IMG/VR virus record: IMGVR_UViG_3300012931_000759
Span: 124,001-188,000 of that record
Direction: 5' to 3' (one strand)
Length of the DNA stretch: 64,000 bases
Shown here: positions 10,355 to 20,630 of the stretch, piece by piece
How positions within the stretch are numbered: position 1 is the first letter of the stretch
Layout of the letters: each line of letters begins with the position of its first letter
The notes under the pieces: generated by a model
Databases searched by the model: none
What the model was told of the DNA's origin: nothing
Seen by the model: the letters and a program-made list of their open reading frames with translations, nothing else
Position numbers and translations under genes: made by a program

Positions 10355-12372
10355 AGAGCAAGGAAGCTGAACTTGAAGCCAAGGCCTGGTTGGCGGAACA
10401 CGCCGTCCTGCTGGGACCGGAGGAGTTGCCGTTCGAAGAGGAAAAGTTGGCTGAAGCTTTCGTGCTCCGTGATGGCAGCTGGCCTTTGCCGCGCCAAGTT
10501 GAGCACATGGGGCAGTTCGCTGAAATAGTGGACGAGGGAAGTTTCAATAGGGTAGTGGGCGAACCCAGCAACTGGCAGATAATCCTCGACAGGCCCGATC
10601 TGTACCATTATTGGATCCTGCCAAAAGCTGCCGTCATATTTGGTCGGACTTGGTTCGAGCGTGTACAGTGGAAAAACTCCATCAGACGTGGCGTTCCGTT
10701 CGCCCTGTTCAGTACGGACGAACGCAGGGTGGCCAAGGAGTCCGGTATTCAGCTCGCGGAAACCACGGCCGGACGCAGCATTGTGTACAAGATCGTTTCG
10801 CGCATCGAACACGCCATGGATGTGTACCTTGCCGGGGGCGGCCGTTCGAAATCCGATGATCGTATCAAACAGCCCGGCGGATACATCGTCGAATCTATAG
10901 CTAACGAATTTATACAAGATGCGGGCGCAGACACGGGGTATCGACTCCTTCGCGTCCGGGCCTGTCCAAATTGCCTTGCGGCTGGGCAGGGGCGTTCCAA
11001 GCGTCGCCAGGTCAAGCATGTCGTGGGAAACATCTATCAATGCGAACAGTGCGTGGACACTGTGCGCAACCTCGACTTGGCCATCGACAAGCATTATGCG
11101 AACGGCACGCCCGTTCCGTCGGGGATCCTGTCGGAGCGTGAACGTGCAAGCCATTTCCAGGAATTTTCGGCCGTGGTGTGCGTCTGTCCGAACCCGGCGT
11201 GCCGGGGTCGTTTTGTGCCGACCGACTGTGTCGAGGACCCCGGATGGTGGTCTACACCCGAGGGACGCCTGGCAAAGGAGGAATTGTCACGCATCCATCC
11301 GCTCAAGGGGACGCAGAGGTTCCGGGATCCGCCCAATGCCATGATGAAGTTGCCACTACAGTGTCCGGTTTGCGAAGAGAAGTTTACACCGGCGTCCGCT
11401 ATGGCGGTCTCGAACGGATTCAGGGGACAGTCCGGGAAGTTGACGGGCCTGCCATCTATGTTCGTGTGGGTGAAGCGCGAAGTACGTGCAATCGACCACG
11501 GCCAGGCCAATATCCATTCGGTTCTCAAGGACAGCTTGGTTGACTCTTTGTGCCTAGATCCGGCACGGCGCATAAGTGCTGAACAGCATGTACGCATATT
11601 GACTGGGGAATTGGCCATATATGCGCAAGCGTTGTCCGGACAGACGGCTCCCGCCATCGTGTCGCGCTGTTTCTGTGAGGCAGTGTCAGAATGGATGGCC
11701 AGACATCCGGAGGACGCATCGCGGTACTTTTTCGAATGGTCGTCCGTGGGGAAGGATGAGAAGCGCATAACCAAGGTCGCCAAGGGACGGGAGGTGGCCA
11801 TCCACCAGACGATTCTGTCGGCGTGGTTGGCCCGGATCCTGGCGCGGATGGACGAGATACGCCGGGCGAAAGGATCGAAGATTAGGACCTTGGATGACTT
11901 GAAGTGGTTCTGCCGCTCTCCGGCATACAACGGTGGGCCAAGATCGTCATTCGTGGCTGAGGTCGACGACGGGCTTCGCGTGCGTAACGCGAGTCGCATA
12001 GTGTCCATGGACGGCACTACCGACAAGCCGCGGATGGCGTGGGTGTTTTCCGTTCGTCGGATTGGTGCGAACGGAAAATCCGGTCCGGAGCTTGCGCCGC
12101 TCATAAGGTCGCGTGAGTGGCAAGTCATCTCAATGTCCAGGGAATCCGGCTTGGTTCCGGGGGATAAGGTCAAGGTCGTGGCGCTCATGATGCCCGGACA
12201 CCATTGCCATGCGCCGATCCAGAGGATAATTAGGTTGAGGACATCCCTCCTGTCCGCCATCATCGAACGGATCAGATCCGAGGAATCTATGGGCGAGACC
12301 GACACGGCGTTCTGGTGGGAATGGCAGAAACGTGCTGAGGCGGCCAGGAAGGCCACAGGTATTGGCATCTGA
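10351..12372 (+). CDS. Unknown multi-zinc-finger protein; paralogue of the central region of 50026..55344
   Basis: CPNC, CEQC, CPNPAC, CPVC; ATGA overlap with the sigma gene; colinear similarity to the later ORF. Confidence 0.8.
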   Translation: MKSKEAELEAKAWLAEHAVLLGPEELPFEEEKLAEAFVLRDGSWPLPRQVEHMGQFAEIVDEGSFNRVVGEPSNWQIILDRPDLYHYWILPKAAVIFGRTWFERVQWKNSIRRGVPFALFSTDERRVAKESGIQLAETTAGRSIVYKIVSRIEHAMDVYLAGGGRSKSDDRIKQPGGYIVESIANEFIQDAGADTGYRLLRVRACPNCLAAGQGRSKRRQVKHVVGNIYQCEQCVDTVRNLDLAIDKHYANGTPVPSGILSERERASHFQEFSAVVCVCPNPACRGRFVPTDCVEDPGWWSTPEGRLAKEELSRIHPLKGTQRFRDPPNAMMKLPLQCPVCEEKFTPASAMAVSNGFRGQSGKLTGLPSMFVWVKREVRAIDHGQANIHSVLKDSLVDSLCLDPARRISAEQHVRILTGELAIYAQALSGQTAPAIVSRCFCEAVSEWMARHPEDASRYFFEWSSVGKDEKRITKVAKGREVAIHQTILSAWLARILARMDEIRRAKGSKIRTLDDLKWFCRSPAYNGGPRSSFVAEVDDGLRVRNASRIVSMDGTTDKPRMAWVFSVRRIGANGKSGPELAPLIRSREWQVISMSRESGLVPGDKVKVVALMMPGHHCHAPIQRIIRLRTSLLSAIIERIRSEESMGETDTAFWWEWQKRAEAARKATGIGI

Positions 12373-12383
12373 AGGAGATTTTT

Positions 12384-13700
12384 ATGGAAGAGCAGGTAAG
12401 GAAGGACGAGATTGAACAGCAGCAATGGCATCATGTTGTGACTTTGGAGGACCTTGGTGGCCTGAAGAGGAAGTTGGGTGTGACCTACGACCAGGAGGCA
12501 GTTAAGATGGCTTTCGACAAGGCCAACCAGGCTGTTGGTAAGCGGGCGATGATAAATGGTTTTCGTCGCGGGAAGGCTCCGCAGGCCCTGGTGGCGAGAT
12601 TCTGTGCGAAGGAGATCGAGACTGCTGCGTCCAGTATGCTGGCGCAGGAAGGATATCTTCACGCTGTTTACGAGCACAAGCTGGCTGCGCTCACTGAGCC
12701 TAAGGTGGAGAATCCCAAGTTCAATACTGATGGGACATTCTCTTGCGAGATCGTGGTCGAGGTACGTCCGGCCATTACCCCGACGGGATACGTGGGGCTC
12801 AAGCTGTCGAAACCACCGATCGATCCCGGACGGACGGTAGATGGTCTGATGGCCGAGCTGCGTAGTAGGTTCGCGACATTTGAGGAGCGAGAGAAGGTTG
12901 CCCCAGGCATGACCGTGGTGGTTGACTATTCCTTGGCGGTCGACGGGAAGGAGGTAATGGCACACCAAGGAGTACCTTTCACAGTAAGTGAGTCCGGCAC
13001 ATTGCCACTTGGAGGTGTTCAGGTAGCGGGTCTCGGGAGCGACGGATCTGCCACCGCCAAGATGACCCTGCCTGTAGATTTCAAGGACCACGGTGGTAAG
13101 GAGGCCGAGGTGCGCGTCCAGGTCAGGAAGATCCTGGAGAGCGTGCCCCCGACCGACGAGGAGCTGGCGGTCCGGAATGGCCAGGCATCTATAGACGACC
13201 TGGCCCGTAACGTACAGCAGCAGGCTAACATAGAGGTTGGACACAGGATCCGCCAGGTGCTTGAGGAGCAGGTTGTCGACAACTTGCTATCGTCACACCA
13301 GTTCGAAGTCCCTGGCGACTGGATCGACCGCGAATCACAGTACCTCGTCAAGCAGCTCGGCATTACCAGCGAGATGGACAACAATACGAAGGAGGCGGTG
13401 CGACAGCTCGCCGAGCGCAACGTGAGGCGCTCCTTTATGCTGGATGCCGTCTACGATTCCGAACCTGGCCTCCGTGTGAAAACCGAGGAGGTGGAAACAG
13501 TTCTCGACCAGGAAGCTGCCAGGCAGAGCGTCCCCAAAACGCAGCTAAAAAGGATGCTGCTCAAGCAGGGGATGATGGACAGTGTAGTCGAGCTGGTTAA
13601 GGGTCGGAAGATCATGGATTTTCTGATCTCGAATGCCGAGATCTTAACTGCGGACAGTGAGTCCGCGTCACAGGGGGCCTCGGCCCCCGTGGAAGCGTAG
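12384..13700 (+). CDS. tig: Trigger factor-like ribosome-associated chaperone
   Basis: GFRRGKAP ribosome-binding signature; EVRP..; FKBP-like middle region; C-terminal chaperone domain; 438 aa. Confidence 0.85.
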   Translation: MEEQVRKDEIEQQQWHHVVTLEDLGGLKRKLGVTYDQEAVKMAFDKANQAVGKRAMINGFRRGKAPQALVARFCAKEIETAASSMLAQEGYLHAVYEHKLAALTEPKVENPKFNTDGTFSCEIVVEVRPAITPTGYVGLKLSKPPIDPGRTVDGLMAELRSRFATFEEREKVAPGMTVVVDYSLAVDGKEVMAHQGVPFTVSESGTLPLGGVQVAGLGSDGSATAKMTLPVDFKDHGGKEAEVRVQVRKILESVPPTDEELAVRNGQASIDDLARNVQQQANIEVGHRIRQVLEEQVVDNLLSSHQFEVPGDWIDRESQYLVKQLGITSEMDNNTKEAVRQLAERNVRRSFMLDAVYDSEPGLRVKTEEVETVLDQEAARQSVPKTQLKRMLLKQGMMDSVVELVKGRKIMDFLISNAEILTADSESASQGASAPVEA

Positions 13701-13709
13701 GAGGGCAAG

Positions 13710-13925
13710 ATGGCCGACAAGATCAAGACGCAGCCGGTGCAGGGCTTCAAGGTGGACAGTTTCCTCGTCAAGAAGGACGAGATCAAACTGGTCCTCAAGG
13801 CAAGCAAAGACGACGTCCGCGCCGGGAACTTCAACCTCGGTGATGTGCTGGGGATGCTCGAACTCCACAGCACGGCCGACTACGCGGTCGAGTTGGCGCT
13901 CGTGTCCGAGGAGCTTCCGGAATGA
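13710..13925 (+). CDS. Small hypothetical protein
   Basis: AGGAGG upstream; ATGA overlap downstream. Confidence 0.65.
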   Translation: MADKIKTQPVQGFKVDSFLVKKDEIKLVLKASKDDVRAGNFNLGDVLGMLELHSTADYAVELALVSEELPE

Positions 13926-14218
13926 CCGCGAGGGCCGGCAGACGGAAGATCGGCACATGCCCCAGCGGGTGCGTGACTTTCGCGTACGACCTGCCGGTCC
14001 GGCTGGACGAGGGCATCCTGCCGTTCCTGGAACCGCTCGGCAGGTTTGCCCTCCCTTTTCTGAAGACGTCGGTTCTGAAGCTGGAGTGTCCTGGGTTCAC
14101 CGTGAGCGGAATCAAGCGCCTGCGGGAGATCCGGGTCGTTCTGAAGAAGGGCACGACCGAGCAGGACCTGCTCGCGTTCGAAGCTGCTCTCGACGACTGG
14201 CTTGCCAAGGCCGGTTAG
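13922..14218 (+). CDS. Small hypothetical protein
   Basis: ATGA coupling; fills the gap. Confidence 0.6.
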   Translation: MTARAGRRKIGTCPSGCVTFAYDLPVRLDEGILPFLEPLGRFALPFLKTSVLKLECPGFTVSGIKRLREIRVVLKKGTTEQDLLAFEAALDDWLAKAG

Positions 14219-14230
14219 GAACAACCGCAG

Positions 14231-14884
14231 ATGGAAACGACACCTGTAATCTATGCTATAGAAAACAGGATCAATCACAAGGTCTACATTGGCTCTGCGA
14301 CGCATTTCGATAAGAGATGTCGCATCCATCTGTATTATTTGAACAAAAACAAACATCACAGTAAACACCTCCAAGCAGCCTGGAACAAGTATGGGGCCGA
14401 CGCGTTCTATTTCCATGTTTTGGAATATGTGAATTGTTCCAATATGTTGAAGCGAGAACAATGGTGGCTCGATACGGTTCAACCCTTTCGTCGCGAAGTT
14501 GGATACAACATTTCACCCACAGCTGGCAACATCTCTGGAACAGAACTGTCGTATGAGGCCAAACGGCAAATTTCGGACAGAATGAGGAAAATTTGGGCTT
14601 CGCCGGATGGACGCAAGAAAATGTCAGATTCCATGAAAGAAGGATGGGATGCCGAAGCCCGCCAGAACAAATCGGTTGCTTCGCAACGAATGTGGACGCC
14701 GGAACGGAAAAGACGGCAGTCTGAAAGGATGAAACAGATATGGGCGCGCCCGGAGGAAAAGGAAAGTCGAGCAAATCTAATGAAAGAGGCCTGGGCCTCT
14801 GAAACCAGACGCCAAAACCTATCGAATGCCGCCAAACAAGTTTGGTCCAAACGCAAAGCCCAAGACAAGAGGAACAAGACATGA
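14231..14884 (+). mobile_element. Free-standing GIY-YIG homing endonuclease with C-terminal helical repeats
   Basis: VIYAIENRINHKVYIGSA; repeated R..MS..MK..W units; AT-richer than its neighbours. Confidence 0.85.
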
Positions 14885-17800
14885 AGTTTGTCAACCTACA
14901 TGTCCATTCGTCGATCGGTTCGATGCTAGACAGTCTCGCAACCGTGGATGGGCTTTTTTCCAGAGCGAAAGAACTTGGACAGACGGCATTAGGAATCACT
15001 GATCATGGTACACTTGCGGCCCATTTTGATGCGTACAAAATAAGCAAAACAAAAGGCTTGAAGTTTGTGCCAGGCTGTGAAGCGTATTTTGTACATGATT
15101 ACGATCCCATACCGGGAGAAAATAAGCGCAAGAAGAATGAGCCGAGGAAGCATATCATCCTCATCGCCCAGAACGACCTAGGCTACAAGAACCTCCTGTC
15201 GGCCACCTACAAGGCGTTCCAGCACAGTGAGATCACCGTGGGACGCGTGTATCCTCGCCTGAGCTGGGATATCTTGCGCGAGCACGCCGAGGGCCTAGTC
15301 TGTACCACCGCCTGTGGGCAGGGGATAGTCGCCGAGAAGCTCATGCTCGGCGACGAGCAGGGCGCCAAGGACATGGCCTCCACGCTGGCCGGGATCTTTC
15401 CCGGCCGTTTTTTCATGGAGATCCAGCCGCACCACCTGAAGGTGCCTAGGATTGATCAGGAACTGATCAATTCCGGCACCATCCGCATTGCCCGCGAGCT
15501 GGGCATCCCGCTCGTGGCAGGTGTGGACACACACTACCTGTCCAAGGGCATGGCGAAGTACAAGGACATGTTCTCTGCCCTCCGCCTGAAGCGATCGCTC
15601 GAGGAGCAGCTGTCCGACGAGGGTCCGGCGATCGACGAGTTCTACATGAAGAGCGGCGACGAGGTGTTCGAATTCTTCTCCAAGCACTACGGCGAAGAGG
15701 TGGCGACCGAGGCGGTGGGGAACACGGTGCGCATCGCGGAGGAGATGTGTGCCGAACCGGACTATCTGAAGCCGACCGGGAACCATCTTCCAGCGTACCG
15801 TCCGCAGGACGAGTCTGACTACGCGGAATTCGCGGAGTGGCGCAAAGTCAAGGTTCCGGAAACCTTGGATGAGGCCGCAGCTTTCATGCGTTTCAGGTGC
15901 TTCAAGGGCTTCATGGAGAAGTTCGGACACCGTGATCCGGAGATCCAGAAGCAGCGCTGGGACCGGGTGAAGTACGAGATCAGGATCCTGGAGAAGAACA
16001 AGTTCTCCAGCTACATGCTGGTCGTGGCCGATTTCATCAACTGGGCTAAGTCGAACGGCATCCTGGTGGGCATAGGGCGCGGCTCGGACGGAGGATGCCT
16101 GGTGGCACACCTGCTTGGTATTCATGGGGTTGATCCATTCGACTACGGCTTAATATTCGAAAGGTTCCAGAACGCCGAGAAGAAGTCTCTGCCGGATATC
16201 GACACGGACTTCACTTCGGCCGGGCGCGACATAGTCGAGGAATACGTCCGGGGTAAGTACGGGTATGACAAGTGTGCGCAGGTCAGTAACATCAACACTT
16301 TTACGCCAAAAAACACCATCAGCGAGCTCGCCCGCTCGATGAGGATTGGGGGAGGGGATGGCAAGAATTACTTCCAGACCGCTGTAGCGATCAAGGATTC
16401 CATACCGGATAAGGACGAGAAAGACCATAAGGTAACAACGCTCAAGCAAGCGCTAGAACTATCAGCCAAATTCCGGGAGTTTGCGACACAGTATCCGGAA
16501 CTCATGGAGCATGCCAAGCTTTTCATAGGCTTGGAGAAGGAGTACAGCACCCACGCCGGCGGTTTGGTTGTGTCCGACATCCCGCTGACCGAATTTGTTC
16601 CGTTGCGGATAGACAAGGACGGCAAGGTAGCCATCCAACTGGAGAAGAACCGCTGCGAGGAGCTTGGTCTGGTGAAGATGGACTTCCTGGCCATCAGCAC
16701 GCTGGATATCATAGACGAGGCTTTTAAGAATATTGCCAAACTAGGCGAGAATGGACCGGAATCGATGGAGGTGATCCCACTGGATGACCCAGAGACCTAC
16801 GCCATGATCGCCAAGGGACACACGCGGTGCGTGTTCCAACTTGGGAAAACTGGCATGATGGCGGCCCTTTGTAAACAGATAAAGCCGACCCGCATCATCG
16901 ACATCGCTATCATCAATGCCCTTGGCAGACCCTCCTCGAAATTGGTGAACAAGGACACCGGGCGTAGTGAGCGTGAGGAATTTGTTGGGCGCCGTTGCGG
17001 CGCCATTAAGGTGACATACCTCCATCCAAGCCTGGAATGTCTGAAGGAAACCAATGGTATGTGTATCATCGAGGACCAGTTGATGAAGGTGGCTCAGCAT
17101 GTTGCCGGATGGGACCTGAACAAAGCCGATGGTTTACGTAAACTTACAAAACTGAAAGAGAAAGGCAAGGATCTGGCCGCCAAGCTCGAGAAAGAGTTTG
17201 TCGAGGGTGCGATGGCCACCCATGCGATGACGAGGGAGCTTGCGCAGGAGATTTGGGACAAGATCGTGGGCAAGTTTGGAGGATATGGGTTTAACCTCAG
17301 TCATGCCGTCTTCTATTCGATCAATGGTTATTATACGGCGTATCTGAAATGCCACCATCCGGCAGCCTTCATGGCGGCTAAGCTCAAGATTGAAACCAGC
17401 AAGAACAGCATCACCAGCGACGACGAGATCGACGCGGCGAAGCAGGAGTGCAAGCGCCTGGGTATCCGCATCATGCCTCCGGACGTGAACCGGAGCGGCA
17501 CGGGCTACGAGGTGCTGGACGCCAAGACCATCATCACGGGCCTGGCGGCCATCAAGGGGCTGGGGGAGAAGGCGGCGGGCGAGATCGTGTCCAAGCAGCC
17601 CTACGCCTCCTTCGTGGATTTTCTCCAGCGCACGGATGCCAGGATCGTGAACAAGAGCAAGCTCGAGGCCATGGCGAAGGCCGGATGCTTCGACTCGCTC
17701 GGGGTGCCCCGCCGGTTTGTGTTCGAGGCGGGCAAGGACGCGCGGGAGAGGCTCAAGAGGGTGGTGGCGAAGCGCATGAAGGACGGGTACGCGGCGGAGG

Positions 17801-18294
17801 ACGCCGCGAGGGACTTCTCGCTGGGGACCTCGGACGAGTGGGACCGCAAGACCCTGCTTGAGCACGAGGCCGCGGTGCTCGGGCAATGCCTGTCGGGGAG
17901 CATCAACGAGATCTACGGTGGGTTCTTCACCGGAGTCAACGCGACGCCGCTGTCGCGCCTGAAGGCTCTCCCCAACCGCCACGAGATCGTGGTTGAGGTC
18001 CTGGTCAAGGCGGCGACCCGCGAGTTCACCATCCGCAAGGACGGGCGGAACAAGGGCCGTAAGATGATCAAGTACAGCGTTGAGGACATCGAGGGCACGG
18101 CCACCGAGCTCACGGTGTGGCCGGACCAGTACGAGATGGCCAAGCGACGGCTTTCGGACGGCGTACCGATACGGGCGCAGTGCCAAGTTAGTGACTTCAA
18201 CGGACAGAAGACGCTCATGCTTATGAAATTCCAGGAGATATATGGGGAAAAAAAGGACAAGGGCAAGGTTGACACGCCGGAGGAGGCGGGATAA
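14881..18294 (+). CDS. dnaE: DNA polymerase III alpha subunit (family C)
   Basis: PHP domain LHVHS/ITDHG, GRGS, PDIDTDF, KMDFL, YGFN.SH, C-terminal OB fold; ATG 14881 overlaps the HEG stop. Confidence 0.97.
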   Translation: MKFVNLHVHSSIGSMLDSLATVDGLFSRAKELGQTALGITDHGTLAAHFDAYKISKTKGLKFVPGCEAYFVHDYDPIPGENKRKKNEPRKHIILIAQNDLGYKNLLSATYKAFQHSEITVGRVYPRLSWDILREHAEGLVCTTACGQGIVAEKLMLGDEQGAKDMASTLAGIFPGRFFMEIQPHHLKVPRIDQELINSGTIRIARELGIPLVAGVDTHYLSKGMAKYKDMFSALRLKRSLEEQLSDEGPAIDEFYMKSGDEVFEFFSKHYGEEVATEAVGNTVRIAEEMCAEPDYLKPTGNHLPAYRPQDESDYAEFAEWRKVKVPETLDEAAAFMRFRCFKGFMEKFGHRDPEIQKQRWDRVKYEIRILEKNKFSSYMLVVADFINWAKSNGILVGIGRGSDGGCLVAHLLGIHGVDPFDYGLIFERFQNAEKKSLPDIDTDFTSAGRDIVEEYVRGKYGYDKCAQVSNINTFTPKNTISELARSMRIGGGDGKNYFQTAVAIKDSIPDKDEKDHKVTTLKQALELSAKFREFATQYPELMEHAKLFIGLEKEYSTHAGGLVVSDIPLTEFVPLRIDKDGKVAIQLEKNRCEELGLVKMDFLAISTLDIIDEAFKNIAKLGENGPESMEVIPLDDPETYAMIAKGHTRCVFQLGKTGMMAALCKQIKPTRIIDIAIINALGRPSSKLVNKDTGRSEREEFVGRRCGAIKVTYLHPSLECLKETNGMCIIEDQLMKVAQHVAGWDLNKADGLRKLTKLKEKGKDLAAKLEKEFVEGAMATHAMTRELAQEIWDKIVGKFGGYGFNLSHAVFYSINGYYTAYLKCHHPAAFMAAKLKIETSKNSITSDDEIDAAKQECKRLGIRIMPPDVNRSGTGYEVLDAKTIITGLAAIKGLGEKAAGEIVSKQPYASFVDFLQRTDARIVNKSKLEAMAKAGCFDSLGVPRRFVFEAGKDARERLKRVVAKRMKDGYAAEDAARDFSLGTSDEWDRKTLLEHEAAVLGQCLSGSINEIYGGFFTGVNATPLSRLKALPNRHEIVVEVLVKAATREFTIRKDGRNKGRKMIKYSVEDIEGTATELTVWPDQYEMAKRRLSDGVPIRAQCQVSDFNGQKTLMLMKFQEIYGEKKDKGKVDTPEEAG

Positions 18295-18318
18295 GTTGGT
18301 GGTTGAGGAGGAAATTCA

Positions 18319-18945
18319 ATGAACTGCGCAAGTTGTGGAGCACAGGTCCCGGCGGCCTTCGGCCACGCGATCAGGAAGAACGAGTGTCCGGCCTGCGGTA
18401 GCGTTCTCATGGACGAGGAATCTATGGCCATCGTGGAGGAGCTACGCGGCTTTGTTCTCCAGACCGTCAAGGTCAGGGAGGAGACGGCCGACACGCTGGC
18501 GCTGGCTTTGGTCGCAGCTTATCAGATCTCCGGGCGCGGGGACGCGCCACGGCAGCCGGTGACTAGGCCCTCTGCGGCCCAGAGGCCGAAGACGGGCGCG
18601 TCCGTCCAGCGGGCCGAGGAGGAGACCGGCGAGACGGCGGATGGTGAGTTCGTCAAGGCCTCCGACCTGTTTGATCCGAACAGCCCCCTTTCCAAGGAGG
18701 AAAGGGAGGCGGAAATCCAGCGCCGCATCGAGGAACGACTGATGACCCAGGCCATGATCCCGTCCAAGGTCGCGGCCAGGGTCGCCACGGCGGCCGGGGC
18801 GGGTCGCATGTTGACGGATCGCGAGTTGGCCGAGAGTCCCATCCTGGAGGCGCAACGCCTCGCCCGCCTGGAGCGGCAGGAGGCTAACCGGATGAACAAT
18901 CCGAGCAGCATGTGTTCGCCGGTAAGCCGCAGGGACGAGACGTGA
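18319..18945 (+). CDS. Zinc-ribbon hypothetical protein
   Basis: CASC..CPAC at the N-terminus; GAGGAGG upstream. Confidence 0.75.
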   Translation: MNCASCGAQVPAAFGHAIRKNECPACGSVLMDEESMAIVEELRGFVLQTVKVREETADTLALALVAAYQISGRGDAPRQPVTRPSAAQRPKTGASVQRAEEETGETADGEFVKASDLFDPNSPLSKEEREAEIQRRIEERLMTQAMIPSKVAARVATAAGAGRMLTDRELAESPILEAQRLARLERQEANRMNNPSSMCSPVSRRDET

Positions 18946-19247
18946 CCATCCAGATCATCGACCACAAGGCCGTCGATATGACGGACGAGGAGTTCGCCTA
19001 CTACCAGAAACTGGTTCAGGAGTTCACTGTGGGTATGGCGAATGGCAAAGATCAGTTCCACGATCTTTTTGAAGTGGATGGTGACGGCTGTATTATTCTC
19101 ATCCATCCACCCATCAGGCGGCAGATAGGCTGGGGCATTTTGTTTTTTGTACAGAACCTCATGATCAATCAGCGTCTTAGGCGCATGGAGAGTCAGGTCG
19201 GCCAGTGGCTTGTGCGCCTGGCGGCGGAGGGAAGAAATGGCCAGTGA
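18942..19247 (+). CDS. Hypothetical protein
   Basis: GTGA overlap start at 18942. Confidence 0.6.
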   Translation: MTIQIIDHKAVDMTDEEFAYYQKLVQEFTVGMANGKDQFHDLFEVDGDGCIILIHPPIRRQIGWGILFFVQNLMINQRLRRMESQVGQWLVRLAAEGRNGQ

Positions 19248-19728
19248 GCTTGGTGCCATCCTCGGGTTCGCGGATTTCGATCCAGAAAGGATCGACGTCA
19301 CCGAGATCAGGGAACTGACGGACGCCATCCCGCCGGATGGAAACGTCGATATTGTCATCGCCGAGGTTCTGGCGACCAAGTTCCTGCGGGGTGCCGATCG
19401 GTGCTCCGAAATCCTGGCCCAGCTGACTTGGTGGGAAGCCAAGATGGATGACGAGAAGCGGCGCGCGCTGGCGAAAGCTGCCCTTGTGACGGCCGTCGAG
19501 AAGGGTCTTAAGACGGCGACCGAGAAGCGGACGTATGCCGACGGGGATCCTGAATACCTCAAGGCATGCGAGTCGGCAAATAGGGCTAAGGCAATGAAAC
19601 AGTGGTTCAAGAACAAGCACGAGAGTCTTGTAAGCGCGCATTACCTCATGAAGGAGATCGCCAAGGGCGGAAGGTCGCACCAGGCGGCGGGCGGAAGTTC
19701 TTCATGGGGCGAACAGGAATGGAAGTGA
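19237..19728 (+). CDS. UvsY-like recombination mediator (putative)
   Basis: Helical protein with KRTYADGDPEY, reminiscent of T4 UvsY; next to SSB, near RecA. Confidence 0.5.
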   Translation: MASELGAILGFADFDPERIDVTEIRELTDAIPPDGNVDIVIAEVLATKFLRGADRCSEILAQLTWWEAKMDDEKRRALAKAALVTAVEKGLKTATEKRTYADGDPEYLKACESANRAKAMKQWFKNKHESLVSAHYLMKEIAKGGRSHQAAGGSSSWGEQEWK

Positions 19729-19906
19729 ATCAAAATGTCGACCGGACGCAAAAAGGCGCTTATCGATTATAACAGGGGCTAGGTGTATCCTAGCGTACAC
19801 GGTAATAGGATGATAGATCGCATCATAAACCGCACGCACAAGCCCAAATAGGGGCACAAAACGAACCCAGCAGGCCAAGGCCGCATGGGAAAACCAGGAG
19901 GACAAC

Positions 19907-20569
19907 ATGTCACAGGAATACAAATACGGCGAGCTACAGGATTGGAACGAGGCTGAGGTCAAGACCGGATCGGAGTTCATGAAACTGGTCGAGGGCGACA
20001 ATGTCGTAAGATTCATCACGAAGCCCCACCAGTTTGCGGTTGCCTGGATTACGGATGGCAGCGGAGTTCCCCGTAAAGTTCGCGCTTCGGATCAGAGGAA
20101 TTGTCCGCTTCGAAAGCGTGGGGAGAAGATTCAGAGTAGGTGGTATGTAGGCGTCATCAGCCGCAAGGCGAAGTCTGCCCAAATCCTGGAGATCTCCAGC
20201 CAGATTGTCTCTGCCATCAAGAAACTATACAAGGATGAGGATTGGGGCGATCCAGAGCAGTACGATGTCAACATCTGCCGTGGACCTGCAGGCTCCCAGC
20301 CATTGTACACTGTCATAGCCAAGCCCAAGAGGCCTCTTAACGATGACGACAAAGCGATGGCCGCAAGATTCGTCGAGAACACCGACCTCAAGAAGATGAC
20401 GACTCCTCCAACCCCGGAGGAGGTCGCCGAGCGCCTCGCTGCCATCGAGGGCGGACAGACCAACAACAGCAAGGGACAGCAGGGCGGATCCGCCCGCAAT
20501 AACGCTGGCGGCGGCGGACGTGTCGGCTCTGATCCGAGCCTCTTTAGCTTTGACGACGAGCAGATCTAG
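19907..20569 (+). CDS. Phage single-stranded DNA-binding protein (gp32-like)
   Basis: FMKL.EG.N.VRF, WGDP..YDVNI, Gly-rich linker, acidic/aromatic tail SFDDEQI; strong AGGAGG. Confidence 0.7.
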   Translation: MSQEYKYGELQDWNEAEVKTGSEFMKLVEGDNVVRFITKPHQFAVAWITDGSGVPRKVRASDQRNCPLRKRGEKIQSRWYVGVISRKAKSAQILEISSQIVSAIKKLYKDEDWGDPEQYDVNICRGPAGSQPLYTVIAKPKRPLNDDDKAMAARFVENTDLKKMTTPPTPEEVAERLAAIEGGQTNNSKGQQGGSARNNAGGGGRVGSDPSLFSFDDEQI

Positions 20570-20578
20570 TTACCGACC

Positions 20579-20612
20579 GACGCGGGAGTCGGCTGTGGTC
20601 GGCTCCCGCGTC
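20579..20612 (+). terminator. Long GC-rich hairpin after SSB (terminator or processing stem, no U-tract)
   Basis: GACGCGGGAG-TCGGC [TGTG] GTCGG-CTCCCGCGTC; 10 perfect pairs plus 5 pairs including G-U. Confidence 0.55.
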
Positions 20613-20630
20613 CTCCATTCCAAACACAAC

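Noticed and set aside
11094-13244. 716-aa minus-strand ORF, and other long antisense ORFs (e.g. 1185..2258, 37091..38338, 55556..56758)
   Set aside because: They shadow well-supported plus-strand genes in GC-rich DNA and show no recognisable motifs.
14231-14884. Group I intron housing the GIY-YIG gene
   Set aside because: The flanking genes appear intact and abut the ORF directly, leaving no room for intron core structure.
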